DNA of 64,000 nt, from assembly GCF_004010195.1 (NCBI RefSeq), contig NC_057718.1:43036395-43100394 (forward strand), read 5' to 3'. Position 1 is the first letter of the stretch, and each line of letters opens with the position of its first letter. Positions 13,601 to 26,255 of the stretch are shown here, in pieces. A model generated the notes under the pieces. It had not been told where the DNA came from, searched no databases, and saw only the letters and a list, made by a program, of their open reading frames with translations. This stretch comes from Chiloscyllium plagiosum. Taxonomy: Eukaryota. Made by a program: the position numbers and the translations under genes.

Positions 13601-15887
13601 TCTGTAATGGGTCTTGACCCTCAATGGCAGCATTGGTTGATACTACAGTATTCTCTCTAAACATAGTAAGGACTGTGCAAAACTTTATACTACTTTGTTA
13701 GAAATGGCAAATGAACTTTGAATTATTTTTCTTGAAAACTAGTTGGTATATTGGTGCAGTTATATACGGAAATCTCACTGAAGTAAGAACGCTGTGTGCG
13801 TTGGTTACATTTGTGGTGAATGTTTGAAATTGCATTTGTTTCACTAATTACTGATGGTGTATATTAGCTTAGTGTTTGCTTTTCTGAAGTGCAACAATCT
13901 GTCACAAGAGACTACTGCTGAATTCCAATTTAAAAGGATGTTGATACTTGGACTCTGCATGGACAGTGAGTTTTACCCCTGGGTCGCATCAGATGGGAAT
14001 TGGAATGAAAATGGGCAGTCGGTGACTGGTTCTTCACTGTCATGTTAGGCAGTCTAAGGAGTGGTACTGATTATGTTTTGTTGCTTGCCTCAATTAAAAA
14101 TGATAGACTAGATGTTGGATTTAGGATTAAAGAGTAAAACTTGCAAGTGCAAGTTCTTTGTAACACTGTTGTCACTTAAATACAAATAACTGGTAAACAG
14201 ACATAGCTTGTAGTTAATAGAAACAGTAAGTAGTATTGGTGGAGGTTAGCAGTCAATATAAATATCTATTTAAGGTGATTTCAGACCAGTAGTGAATATT
14301 ATGCCATCAGTATTCAAGTTGTGATTTTGTATGAGGTGTGAATACGCAGCGACGGTAATATTGGGGAAAAAAAATCTCAGCAGTCTACATTCATTCAGTG
14401 ACCTGTTGCAAGTTTTTATTTGTTTTCTTAATTAGAGCTTGTGTGGATGCTAATTTAGTGAAAATTAATCTTAAATATTTTAAATTAATAGACAAAGAAA
14501 AGATATGCCATTTCAGAAATCAGATCATTGATGTTTTAGCGTCAGTATTGCTAAATTAGGCTCAACAGGAGTGACTCTATGGAAACTAAAATTTGATACA
14601 TAGTAGTTACAATCCATCAAAGTAAATAGAAGTTACGACATGGAAACAGGCCATTTAGCCCAACCAGTCTCTGTCAGATTTAGAATCTTAGAATAAGAAA
14701 TTAATATTTGGAATAATTATCAATGCGGCAGAAGCAATCACATTCCACTGCAGGCTGCATAGCTACTTTATTCAAGCAGAGATGTACATTCGGATAATAT
14801 TCAACTGAACTTTTGGGGGTTTACTAATCCCTCAGGCAGGCTCAGTGTAAAGGGCAAACATATTTATAGTAATCCAAATCAGACTGCAATGAATGCATTG
14901 CATATTGCTTTATGGTTTACTTATGTAACACAATTACATAAAAAAAGTGACATGTAGATCACTTTTCCAGAAGTATTTAAACAAAAATAGCATAGAACAA
15001 TGCTTAGATAAAAAGAAAATATTTGAATTTCCCTTCAGTAATTTACCATGATCTGTTTAAAAACAAATGAGACATCACGTAGCTTGATAATTTCCCATGA
15101 CCGAGTCACCAGCATGAAGCATGTAATTTAGCATGATTTAAGATGCATATCTCTGGGTTTGTGCGTTGTTTCCAGATAGGTTTTAGTTTCTCTGACCTTT
15201 TCTGATACATTTTTGGCAGTTGCCCTGCTTATTTCGTTTTGCTCAGTAGATGCGTGTCACCCAGGTTATTGCTGGCAAAGAAAGCAATATATTTAGGCAG
15301 TCTACCTAAGCTATACTTTATTCAATTGTGTTACGGGAAATACTACAGCATGTACAACATTATTGAGAAAGTGCATTTGGTTACTTTAGAAGTTGAAGAT
15401 GCTGACATTTTCTTCTGCGGAATTTAAGCGATTTCTCAAATATTTTTCTGCTTTTTTTATTCTTAAGCGCATTCTCTCTATGGCACATAATTCTTCTACT
15501 TGAAGAGAACAGATGAATCATAACTGTCATTTGCCTATAGTGCTAAACAAAGAATGAATTAATGTCACTCCTAGCAAAAGTAAATGAACAAAAGTTGCGC
15601 GAAGTTTGCATGAACTTTGATTTCCAGCTTTCTTTTTCTGTTTCTGTCTTGTGTATCTTGCCTTAGTGTAATGTTTATTCAGACACTTCAGCTGATGGTG
15701 GGATCGCGCCACATGGAGAACCACAACTTTAAGTTTATGTCCTACACTGCATAGTAAAGCAGCTTTCCTGTTCAATCTCAGCTGTTATTTTCTAGTCATC
15801 TTGTCAAGGCTACACTTTTTTAATGTAGTGAAACCTACATGCATATTATGACATTTGAAGTACATAACTGAGTTTGAATATTGCTGG

Positions 15888-16642
15888 AAATCACACAACA
15901 CCAGGTTATATTCCAACAGGTTTATTTGAAATCACAAGATTTCAGAGCATCAGGTGAAGTGAGAGGGAAATACACAGATACAGAATTTACAGGCTGAGAA
16001 ATCAAGGGCAGAGAGATCAAAAGATCATACAAATGATGTGAGTGGAGTGTCAAATAATAAGAATGTTAGACAGTGTAAGAAAAGTATCAATAGCTGAGTA
16101 ACAACTGAAGAGATGACCTAAAATCCGATTAAATGAGGCAGAGAGTTAATTACAAAAAAATAAAAATGAGATGGTGCTGGAGACAAACCAAATGACTGGA
16201 ATAACATGGAACACAAATGGAAACTGCTGGAAAAGCCCAACAGGTCCGCCAGCATGTGTGAAGAAAAAACAGAGGATGGGTCACAGGTTCCAAAATGTTA
16301 ACTCTGATTTTTCTTCACAGATGCCACCAGACCCTCTGAACACCCACAACAACTGCTCCCCTTGCTCCCAATTTACAGCATCCGCAGTTCTTTTGTTTTT
16401 TTATCTGACTGGAATAATATGATCGGTAGAAGATTCGTCTGCTGAGGGTCTAACCAAAGTAATAAGTAATCAAAAACTGTACAAACTAATTAAGATAGAG
16501 AGATCATAACAATTTTTCAAGGTCATGGTCTCAAAACAGAACAGTAAGGAAGACTTTACAGATACTGAACAATGTGGGGGGTGGTCACATTTAACTGACA
16601 TGAACCCAAGATCATGGTTAAGATTGTCTTATAGGTATGGAA
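15888..16642 (-). mobile_element. Penelope-like element 3' part (family 'aaatcacacaacaccagg')
   Basis: Terminus matches 34050-34097 and 61520-61570. The minus strand near 16600-16625 reads LNHDLGFMS, like the PLE ORF C-terminus (LNRDLGFMS). Confidence 0.7.
16209..16405 (+). mobile_element. Short fold-back Penelope-like insertion nested in the previous element
   Basis: Flanked by TGACTGGAATAA(C/T)ATG at 16193-16208 and 16406-16421. Diverged inverted arms; decayed hammerhead-like GAGGATGGGTC..GTTCCAAAATGTTA. Confidence 0.7.
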
Positions 16643-16667
16643 AGAGAGATATAGTAATATACTAAAG

Positions 16668-17116
16668 TATTTTGTCTTTGTGTTCATTGCAACAAATGCA
16701 ATTATGCCAAATTTCAAATGATCAGATCAATTCACATGACAAGAGACAAGATATGGATTTGTTGACAAGTTGACTTTGGCTGAGGTATTCCCATGAGTAA
16801 ATCAACAAGGAACTACAGGCTTCTTAAGTTCCCATGTAGTTTGAAAAAGAGTAGCATCCCGTCCATAAAGACATTTTGCCTACACACAAGAGCAATGTCA
16901 AGTTTAGGTTTCTGTGCCAGTGCAATGCCATGTAGGTAAGATGCATATCCCAGTGATTGGCTTATTAAATTAACAGCATGTTCCCTTGGTAGCTCATTAT
17001 AGGAAGACTATAGATTGTACTCATCAAGCTTGCATTTGCAAATTCCAAAGGAAACATCTGCAATTACATCTGATTCCACAATTGGGCAGCATTTGCTGAA
17101 CAATCCCAAGTACCTC
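16668..17116 (+). mobile_element. Penelope-like GIY-YIG endonuclease relic with an inverted terminal piece
   Basis: 16868-16985 translates KDILPTHKSNVKFRFLCQCNAM*VRCISQ*LAY*I/QHVP, then SDSTIGQHLLNNP (decayed GIY-YIG domain). 16670-16725 resembles the reverse complement of 43627-43678. Confidence 0.7.
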
Positions 17117-18249
17117 TGTCTCTCTGCTGCCCAAACCTCAATCATGACTTCCACTTCTTCCCTACTACTGCTGACATTGTCCACTTTCTCTGAAATTGAA
17201 ATACTGATATTGTCTTTAGCATTGGCTGCACTGTATAAAGAAACGTTCTCTGGTATTTTGAAATTTTGGATTTGGAAGGTTGGTAGAATCCATTCAGCAA
17301 AATCTGACTCAACGCAAACTGTTGCAAGTTGTTTTAATCCAATCAGCATAATAATGAATATAAGTATCTGGAATATGCATGATGTGGGTCCCTGTAAATT
17401 CTGTATTACGTGTACTGACTTGTGCTCACTGTTAGTCAAGAGGGTGAAGTGTGGCCTGCACAACTAAGTTCACAATTTATAAACATGGCCACTTATATAG
17501 ATTCTTTGAATACTGATATTTTGAGAACAGTTAATGGTTAAGGTAGCAATCTGTATAATGTTATGAAGCTAAAAATTATCAGAGTACTATTTTAAACTAT
17601 TTTATACATTGTGCAAAAACAATTTTGAGAAAAATAAATTCTATATTTATTGAGTTATTAAATATCTTACAAATCCCAAATACAGATATTTTTGAATGGC
17701 TAAAGTGTGCCACATTTAGTGACACTGTTTGTAAAAGCAAATTCTAAGCTTAGATAAATTACAAACGTTGACAAAAGCCAAATATATAGATTTGCTTCAA
17801 GATGTTAGAAGAATAATTTCTGCTTGTAGAATGGAATTACTGCAAACTTGACTTCACAGTGGCCTGTTTCATTTGAAACATTTGGCAGGAAATGTGAATG
17901 TTAAATTGCTGAGTTTGCCATCTACACTAACTAATTCTGGTTTTTGTCATGCTGGTACCTGTTTAACCCTCTTTAAATGCTCTGTCATGCTTGGCCATTT
18001 ACTGGGCAGTGGGCAGTCAGAATATGCACTGTTCCAAGGGAACAAAAGCAGTTGATTGCTTTGGGATCAAGGAAAAATTCATTGTGCATTGCAGTTCAGT
18101 AAGTGGCTTAATGTCTGCTCTAGTGCTGTCATCCTCTGAACCTAAAAAGGGAGACATACAAATACACGATAGCAAAGCTTCTTTTTTCAGCTACTTTAAA
18201 CAGTTTAAAAAACTGTACAGAGGAAAACCATAACAGTTATTCGTGACAT

Positions 18250-19365
18250 GGCTATTTTTCCACAGGGAAACATTCATAGGTCATTGTTACCTATTGGGCC
18301 CTCACACTGAGCATGCACTGTCCAGTGACTGTCAGAGTAGCTCTGAATATTTATGTTTCTGGCTTCTATCAAAGTGCTTGTGAGGACAACAGCAACATCA
18401 GTTAGTTTGCTGTGTGCATGTGATGTGGCACATAACTGACATACTGTGTGTGCAGAGTCTGCTATTCGGAAAGTAAGAGCATTGGATTTTCTCACATTTT
18501 TATATTCCCACGGATGGAGGACATTGTCACCCACATGCATGTAGCCCTGCATGCTCTCCTTCTTGAAGCAGATTTATTTTTGAACAGAAAAAGCTTCAGT
18601 TCGCTCAGTGTGGAGCTTGTTTGTGACCACATGAGGCTTGTGTCTGGTATCCCGGCTACGGTCAGAATGCTTTCATACTGTGCCTGTTCTCCATGTCCTC
18701 TCTATAGCACCTGGCATTGGTGTGGAGCAGGGCTGCGAGTCAAGGAAAGAAGTTGGAGGTGAAGCTGTTTCTTGAATTCAATCAGTGGCTTGCTGTGTTA
18801 CTTCAAAGAGCAGGTAAGAGCCAACTACATTGCTGTGGTTCTGGACCAGAATGGAAAAGGACGACAAATCTCCTTCCCTAAAGAACATTAGCTTTTGAAA
18901 CAATGTAATATGTTCATGGTCATCATCACTGATATTAGCTATTTATTCCAGGTTTATTTAACTTCATTTAGAGATGTTATGGTCAGATTTGAATTTATAT
19001 TTTTGGATTATGAATCCAGATACATAACTACAATGACATTGTACTTTCATACAATCTAATGTTAAATCTCCATATCTAGCTTATGCATCCTTTCAGTAAC
19101 CCTGACATAAACGTAGAGCTCAGAAATAATGATAGTCATTCATTATCATGTGTTGTCATCAAGCAATCCATTGGCATCCTGAAGCAACAATTTCACGTTC
19201 TTGACAAATTGTAAGAGGTTCATCAGGCTAGTCTTGAGTGTGTCTCCAGTTTCTTAAATGCTCTGTGCTTCTCAATCAAGCTATTAAAAGGGAAATTACT
19301 TTGAAGATTCCTGAGGAGGAAGAAGTGGAACAGGAAGATGAAGAAGGAACTGAAGAAAGAAGGTG
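18250..19365 (+). pseudogene. PIF/Harbinger DDE transposase relic (HARBI1-like family)
   Basis: Motifs in the expected order: VALNIYVSGFYQ; GFSHIFIFPRMEDIVTHMHVALHA; FLNRKSFSSLSVELVCDH; YPGYGQNAFIL; PFSNP..ELRNNDSHSLSCVVIKQSIGILKQQFHVLD; acidic tail. Stops and frameshifts present. Confidence 0.85.
18780..19045 (-). mobile_element. Degraded SINE with LINE-derived tail interrupting the Harbinger transposase
   Basis: Non-transposase segment between the GDxGY-equivalent and WLMTP-equivalent motifs. Resembles the reverse complement of a tRNA-derived shark SINE. Confidence 0.5.
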
Positions 19366-20949
19366 CACGTGGCCCAACAGTAAGCTATGAGAGTTGCTAC
19401 ACAGACATGATTCTCTTAATTAGTCCCTCCCTCCCTAACACTAAAAGTCTCTTCATCCATTTGATCCAGTCCTCAGATCCACCATATTACAGCTCTCAGT
19501 CTGCAAACTTCCAAGTTCCACCTGCGTCTATACGATTATGAAGACAATCAGTTATACCAAAAACAATTATTTAATTTTATCACACTTCTTTTTTGATTTG
19601 ACAAATATTTACTTGATTCCTGTCTTACTGTAAATCAGCTATGTGCAATCCATAGTGCTTGCCTTGTGTTGGTGGCACATGACCAATTCTAGTACTCCTG
19701 GAATGTTGTATCTGAGTGACTAGAGCTTGGAACATGGAATGTTATTGCCGCTAGCACTTGAGATGGCTGTGGTAGCACTCTCAAGAGACTCTGAATGTTG
19801 AACTCATTACCAACTGTTGGAGGAGTTGCTTTGGCCAGGGTGATCTGATTCCGCTGGTTGTCAGTACTGGAAATAGAGTGACCTGGGAACTAGAAAATGC
19901 CCTCATCATTGACCTTTCTTTGCTCTGCACACCAAGAGAGATCCATACGTATACTGTGAGATTGTCTGAGATCCTACTCATGCTCACTTTTGATCTTTGC
20001 AAGCTGGAAAATAGCTCAGCCAAAGTCAAAAGGGTAAATATTTGTGCTTCTATCGAATGAATCAGAGCTGTTATCAATTAATCCATCTGTGAGGGTATCC
20101 TGCAATGATCATAGAGCTGATAACACACTCTGCATTCTGTCCCTCTGCCCTTGCTCCTACATACCCACGCTGGACGAATCTCCAAATGCGGACACTCCTT
20201 AAAAATGCACAGTGACAGGGTTTGAGTTGATACTTCAGCCATACAATGGCTGTTATGTTTCCTGTTCTGGTATGCTGCCAGCCTGTTATTCTTTTCCCTG
20301 AAAGATATATGTATCGCTAAGATCTGAAATATAAGAAAAGGAGAAAAGTTACATTTATTGACAAGGACAGTTGCATGGCTTTTGAAAAGAAGTTGCAACC
20401 TCTCATGCACCAAGTAATAAGGTGGGATTTAAATGAGAAGAGAAGGACAGAGTGATGGCTGAAAGTCCTTCAGCATCACTAGAGGTCAAGCTTCTAAGAT
20501 GCCCTCTTCCCATGATGCCCATAACCTGCTCTTCAAGTGGAGACAAGCACATGGATTCAAAGAAGAAAGTGTGTCATGTTAGAACAACGAGAAGCTTTGA
20601 GGATGTGCAAGTCAGGGTAGAATATATATTTGTATGTACAAGATGGCAGAGGTGTGTCAAGGTAAAACGAACAATTGTGTAGTGGCAGCTCCACTGCATT
20701 GCAGTAGAACTGACAACAGCAGAATAAAGTGTGTTGCAGCAATTGTAGGAGAGTAATAACAATTGAGGGATGGATGGTGAGAACTATGGTAATAGATGGT
20801 GCTAGGCTGATCATTGATTAAATGCAGGCAGAAGTTCATGGACAAGGAGAACTAGGGCAAGCCTCCTTAGCTGAATCCTACTGTTTGTTTTTTTGGCTAA
20901 ATCTGTGTTCTATAGTGTTTTTTGGAAGGTTTTTCACTGCAAGGCCGAG

Positions 20950-22635
20950 TGAGCTTTCTCGGTATATTTTACCAAATATGACACATTAATTAAAACCACA
21001 GCCCCTGATGTTTCTCACATCCAATTCTGGCTCCATCTTAGCATGCACTGTTTCTAGAACAGTTTGGCACCACAGATTTCACAGGTATTCCTTGCTTCCA
21101 TTCCATCTATAAAAGTGCGTTATGCAGACAGACACGCCCCTGTCAATCCAGAACTGCCCTGCATTCCTAATATTTCCTAATGTTTACTCTCTATGTGGCA
21201 GACAGGGGGGAACCATTGCCCCACAGTGCAGGCAGGGACATGGAGATCCTTTGGATGGGCTGGTGCAGAGGTGCCCCTTGATCAGGGGAGTGGAAGTCAG
21301 GATACTAGACCATACGTGCCTGGTCTGAGATTGCCACCCAGGTTAATGCATTCTTAGCTTCCTGAGGAATGCTCAACACTGCAATTACCTTCACTATTCT
21401 GCCAGAGGAAGTACTGCTACCTGCTCTCCGATACTTCACACTCAATCCATCCCTACTACTGCACTCACTTCCCACCAAGACATATTCTCTACCTCTCTAC
21501 TTATTACAACATCTCTCACACTGTCACCCACCCCAACCCCTGACTGCTGTAACTCTGTGCTACAGCTCATTTGTTCATGGCACCTCCTCACCTGCACCAA
21601 AAGAAACAGATGTGCCAGTTATTTTAATCACTTGTAAGATTTGTCTCTCTCATTCCAGATGTAGAACAGTCCTGAAAAGAGCAGAAAGAGACAAGATGGG
21701 TGATGGTATGTCTCTCATTCTGCTTCTCAGCCCGTATGTGGAGAACATCCTTAATCTGACTACGCTGAGTGGCTGACTGACTGACTGACTGTTTCTAGGC
21801 TGCTGGACTGGTGTTGGAGGCTGCCCTTGACTTACTATGCCAGGATACCCTGTATGAAGGCTATTCCTCTTGAACTAACCGAGGACTGTTGACACCCATG
21901 ACAAGCTTTTGGCTCTGTGTCCGAGCTAAATAGCAAGCGCAAGAACCAATTAAAATGAGCTTCGTATCTCTGGCTGAGTGGCTTCATGCAAAAAAGCATA
22001 GCAATGCAAGACAGGAATGATGTGACTATACAGTTAGGCTTAGAGGGAACGCTAACTATGACTGCAAATGAAGAACCCAGAGGTGCATCCTGGTCCAGTC
22101 CTTGGGCTGTGTGAGAATCTTTGAGTGCATAGTGTCCTTGCAGCAGCATTATAATAATGTAGCTTCGATGTGTAGAAACATTATGTAGTGGATCATAAAT
22201 GTGCCATGAAGGTTCTTAGAGGCTGGCACATCTCAGATGTGGAGTGTATGTGGCTGGTGCCCATGGGGCATGGTCTGAAATGTTGCTGCCCATTGTCCAA
22301 CATAGCGGTCATATGAAAAAAATGGTGAACTATATCCACCAGGTACCCGGTCTGGTGTCTATCTTTTTCTCTCCTTTAACCTGTTGGCGCATTTGCCAAG
22401 GTAGCAAAGCTGAATATTATTGAAGCAAGTTGTGCTGTTAAAAATGTATTTACCAAGCATTAATTGGCAACTTGTGCTGCCAAGCAAGAAACTCCCATGT
22501 CTACTTGTGAAAAGCATAAAAGGTGGTGTGAGATGTTCCTGATGTCAAGATGGGCATTGCTGGAGTTTTCGTCTGATTTTGCTCTGCATCTCAGCATAAC
22601 CCACGTCATTTAGACCTACCGAAGATCCACACTTT
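20950..22635 (+). mobile_element. Second Harbinger-type relic with a two-exon Myb/SANT-like (MSANTD-type) gene remnant
   Basis: ~21195-21350 reads IAPQC..LDGLVQR..RAWSEIATQVNA. After a C/T-rich intron-like stretch ending TCTCTCTCATTCCAG| (21658) it reads KRAERDKMGDGMSLILLLSPYVENILNL (RERxKTGGG..LTPYEE-like). Boundaries approximate. Confidence 0.65.
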
Positions 22636-23449
22636 GCCATGGGGCAGGTCTTTGTCATATTCTTTGCACAATGCCACCTTTCCCCACTTGAGCCCTTGCA
22701 GCTAGCTCAGCAGTTGCCCAGTGGATTGAAGAGGCCCCACCTTCAGCTGACAGTTTCTGCCAAGACCTCAAAATAGGGGTCTGAATGAAAAATGGAGCAG
22801 GCCTAGTGGCTTTTCCTCGACCTGGCATTACCCACAGAGAGTTGCCTGCATCCAGAGTGCACCTCCCATTACGAGGTTCAGCTTGCCTTCAAATAGCATC
22901 GGGAATGTGCAAAACAGGCACCCCCATCTGGCAAGATTCCCATTAATAATGTGACTTTTGTTGGCAATGTGCCTGTCATAATTGATGAGGTCCAGTTGTT
23001 TGAGGTCGACCTTGTAGGCAAGTGATTAGCCAGCATTCTGATAGCAATGTCCATTCTGCCTCCAAATGCCCACTCAAAGCAATATCTACATCAGTTTCAT
23101 GTTGCCATGTTTATTTGTATTAACATATCATTAAACCAGCTTCATGTTTTGAATGAATAAAGAATTTAAAAGTATTTTTAAACTAGCATTTTATTCAGTT
23201 CTATATCTAGCATTTTTTACATTGGTGCTCTATGAGGTTTTATTTATTTTAGGTGCTTGGGGGACATTTTGAATAATCTGTAAATGTGGTTTTCATGTGC
23301 CAGAATTAAGCTGAATGGCACAAAAATGTAAATACAATAATGTTGAAAGGGTGCTTTATCTTGTGACACCAACATTTAAATCACTGCCCTATACCAAGCT
23401 CTTTTTTTGTATCACTAATATACCAACCCATTGCCTTAGAAATACAAGA

Positions 23450-23528
23450 AGAGGGCAGGCTGGTCTGCTGTGCTCTTCCAGCACCATTAATCTGGTTTCC
23501 AGCATCTGCAGTCATTGTTTTTACCTGG
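23450..23528 (+). mobile_element. Short Penelope-like 3' fragment
   Basis: ctgctgtgctcttccagcacc...tccagcatctgcagtc resembles the reverse complement of 39905-39975. Confidence 0.6.
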
Positions 23529-25531
23529 TCTAATTTCTAATCGTGTTGAATGCTAGGTCATAGATCTCCCTCCTTGAGATGGAAGCAAAATATTTGTGCA
23601 TATTTTATGTACAATTCTAATTTAATCTGAAAAAATAGATGGGTATACATAAACCCTACAGATGCAAATTCTCATATGGTTTCCAGTCAGTTCTGCCTGA
23701 CCACAATATGTACTGTTGGAAGTCACCGATTTTACTTGTCTAGTTCTAGAATGTTATTTAAGTGGCCACTTGTCACTGAACTGCAGGTTCTGTTTCTGAG
23801 TACAAATCAGTTGCACATAAAAATCATATTATCTGACTTGGAATTTGGTTTATGATTTTTTTTGTAAGGAAATGTTTACCGAATTCCTTTATTTTTCCCC
23901 ATTTAAAATCTTTCATGAATTTTTCTGGACAAGTACTTCAACAAGCTAAGGATGAACCATGTTCTGTTCTGTGGTATTTATAGATGTGAGCTGAAACAAC
24001 CTCTGCTCATATCAGACAGTGTTGCAGCTTCTTAAATTCTGCACAGTTACAAAATTAGGAATTTTGCATTCTGAAAGCTGAAAAACCACCTCAGTAAGAA
24101 AAATTTGCAAGTGTTGTATTTTGGCTGAAAATCATGTTGTGTTATAACAGAGCAGGTTACACAATTTGCACTGGGAGAGTTTTGAAAAAATGAAGTTTTT
24201 ACTGAAATCCAAAGACAGTTTCAGTGCATTTATTCCTTCTCGAAAGCTTTGCTTTAGTCTGTACTGAAAATGTTTATACAATATATATTTTGATATTTCC
24301 CTTGTGATAAACCCATGTTATTGTCTTCAGCAAAAGCAAAACAAAAACACAGTTGTGTAATAACAGTGTAGTTGGAGTTACTCCCCACATTTTGTATGTG
24401 TTTTGCAGCTACACGATTCAAAGTCAGATGTGTAAAGATACAAATTGCTTACTAATCTACGTACAGCTAATTTATATTGGATAGACTTTAATGAGATGCA
24501 CCCAATCTTTTTACTTGTGCCATGATTAGAATCAAGCCCCAGGTCTTGATAAATATTCCATCAGAGTATTCAAATTACCCTTAAGGGCATTAATATAGGA
24601 TAATAGATGGCTGGCAGTGAATTACAAGGCAGTAATTCAATCGAGTGGCTCTGATGATGTCATAAATTGAAGGTACTAAGTGGCTTCCGAACATTCGCAG
24701 ATTCCCCCTCCCACAGCCCCTCTTCCCCCCCCTGCACAATTTAATTACCATCTTAATCCTGCCTGCCAGTCATTACTTTCTTTAATGTGTAACATATAAA
24801 AGAATGCTTGATGCAACCTTGAACAGTTTGGGATGCTATGGTGGGCAAAGTGGTTTGATGAAGGACTGAGGCTCTGGTTTGATTATGCTCGCCCGTTGAG
24901 TTGGTGATTGCAGTTAATTTGTATTGGGGTTGGGGGTCAATCCAAGGGTGGTACTGCCCCTTTTCCGCTGAGTTCATTCCGGGAAATTCAGCTGCACCTC
25001 CGTTACCAAGATCAGTGGAGACCTGCAAGAGAGGATGACATCAGTTCCAATATAGATGTTCAACCATCTATCAAATAAATTAATTTGGCCCATATTATTT
25101 TGAATTCAGATGCACAACATAATTTTTTATCAACTCATATTTGTCCAATTGATTTGGCTGAACATCGTGTTGTAATAGTGGTTAAAAAAGGCGTGTGAGG
25201 GTGCTGTTTTTGGAGTAGCAAGACTTCTGAACTGGAAACTTCAGTCAAAATTATTTATTATTAAACTGGCAATGCATTTTCTTTTGTTGATATTGCATAT
25301 AATAGATTTCAATTAATTTTGTTCTCGCATCTTGAAATGACTTCCTTCTGTATCCTTCTCCCCCTGCATCATGCATTATTTCCTGATCAAATGTTTAGGC
25401 AGCTAGGGTTGTAGTGGGTTTGTAACCAGCCACCAGTTGTGTTTAGTTTGATTTCCCTTGTTAGTCTTTTCTTCCTCTGATGGATCAACAAAGTCTTATG
25501 TTGAGAGATTTGGTGAAAGCAAAGGGTCTTA

Positions 25532-26255
25532 GGGTGAAATTTTACAACCTCTCTCATGGTATGTTAGGGGTTTGGAAGGATATTCAGTTAGATGGAATGG
25601 TCACATGCTTTAACCCCATCACCGCCAGAATTAAATCAGGGGCAGAAATGTTCCCTGGTCGGACTGATGAGGTTCTTAAATGGTCATTTAAGAACCTCGT
25701 CAGTTTGTTGCAGGTATAAACTTAGTGGTGGGTAGGCAGGCTGACATGTAGCATGCCACCAGGTAAAACTCTGCAGTGTACTTGTTTCCTAGAGTAGGGT
25801 TGGGCTAGCCTTGTGTTGAAAGGTACTCAGTGCCTGATAAAGGGACATGTCATCTCAAAGTGGGAAATCCACTGAGAACCACATCCTCTGTTCTTGCTGC
25901 AGATACATCCACACCCCTCTTCCCATGATCCCCACTCTGCAAAACTCACCCTGCCCATTACTTAGTTGTGGCATGGATCACTTTTCAACCCTGGACCTTC
26001 ATTCAGTGTTGTTCCTGCAGCAGCCGTCGCCTCCCAGTGTTCAAAGGAGTTGCCGATCTCTATTTGGTCAGCAGCTCTCAATAGGCAGCATTTCCACCCT
26101 GGGATCTTTTCATCCCTGGAAAGACCTGCACTGGCTATTTAAGTGACTGAGTAGCCTTCAATGCAAATGTACCGTCACAGAGGATGCAACAAAAGATCTC
26201 TCTTCAACTCTTCAGCCATCAGGGAGACCCTCGATACTTCTATAAAATCAAGCCC
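25532..26255. mobile_element. Non-autonomous DNA transposon, Harbinger-like TIRs
   Basis: GGGTGAAATTTTA ... TAAAATCAAGCCC imperfect terminal inverted repeats. GC-richer interior; preceded by TTA, but the TSD is not matched on the right. Confidence 0.5.

Noticed and set aside
17008..17467. Overlapping 150/151-aa ORFs on both strands
   Set aside because: The N-terminal part derives from a PLE relic and the rest has no recognisable domain or splice support.
19312..19362. Glu-rich stretch suggesting a host exon
   Set aside because: It directly follows the Harbinger transposase motifs and is best read as their acidic tail.
21773..21791. (CTGA)n repeat as a hammerhead box array
   Set aside because: Simple tetranucleotide slippage; no stem II or GAAA.
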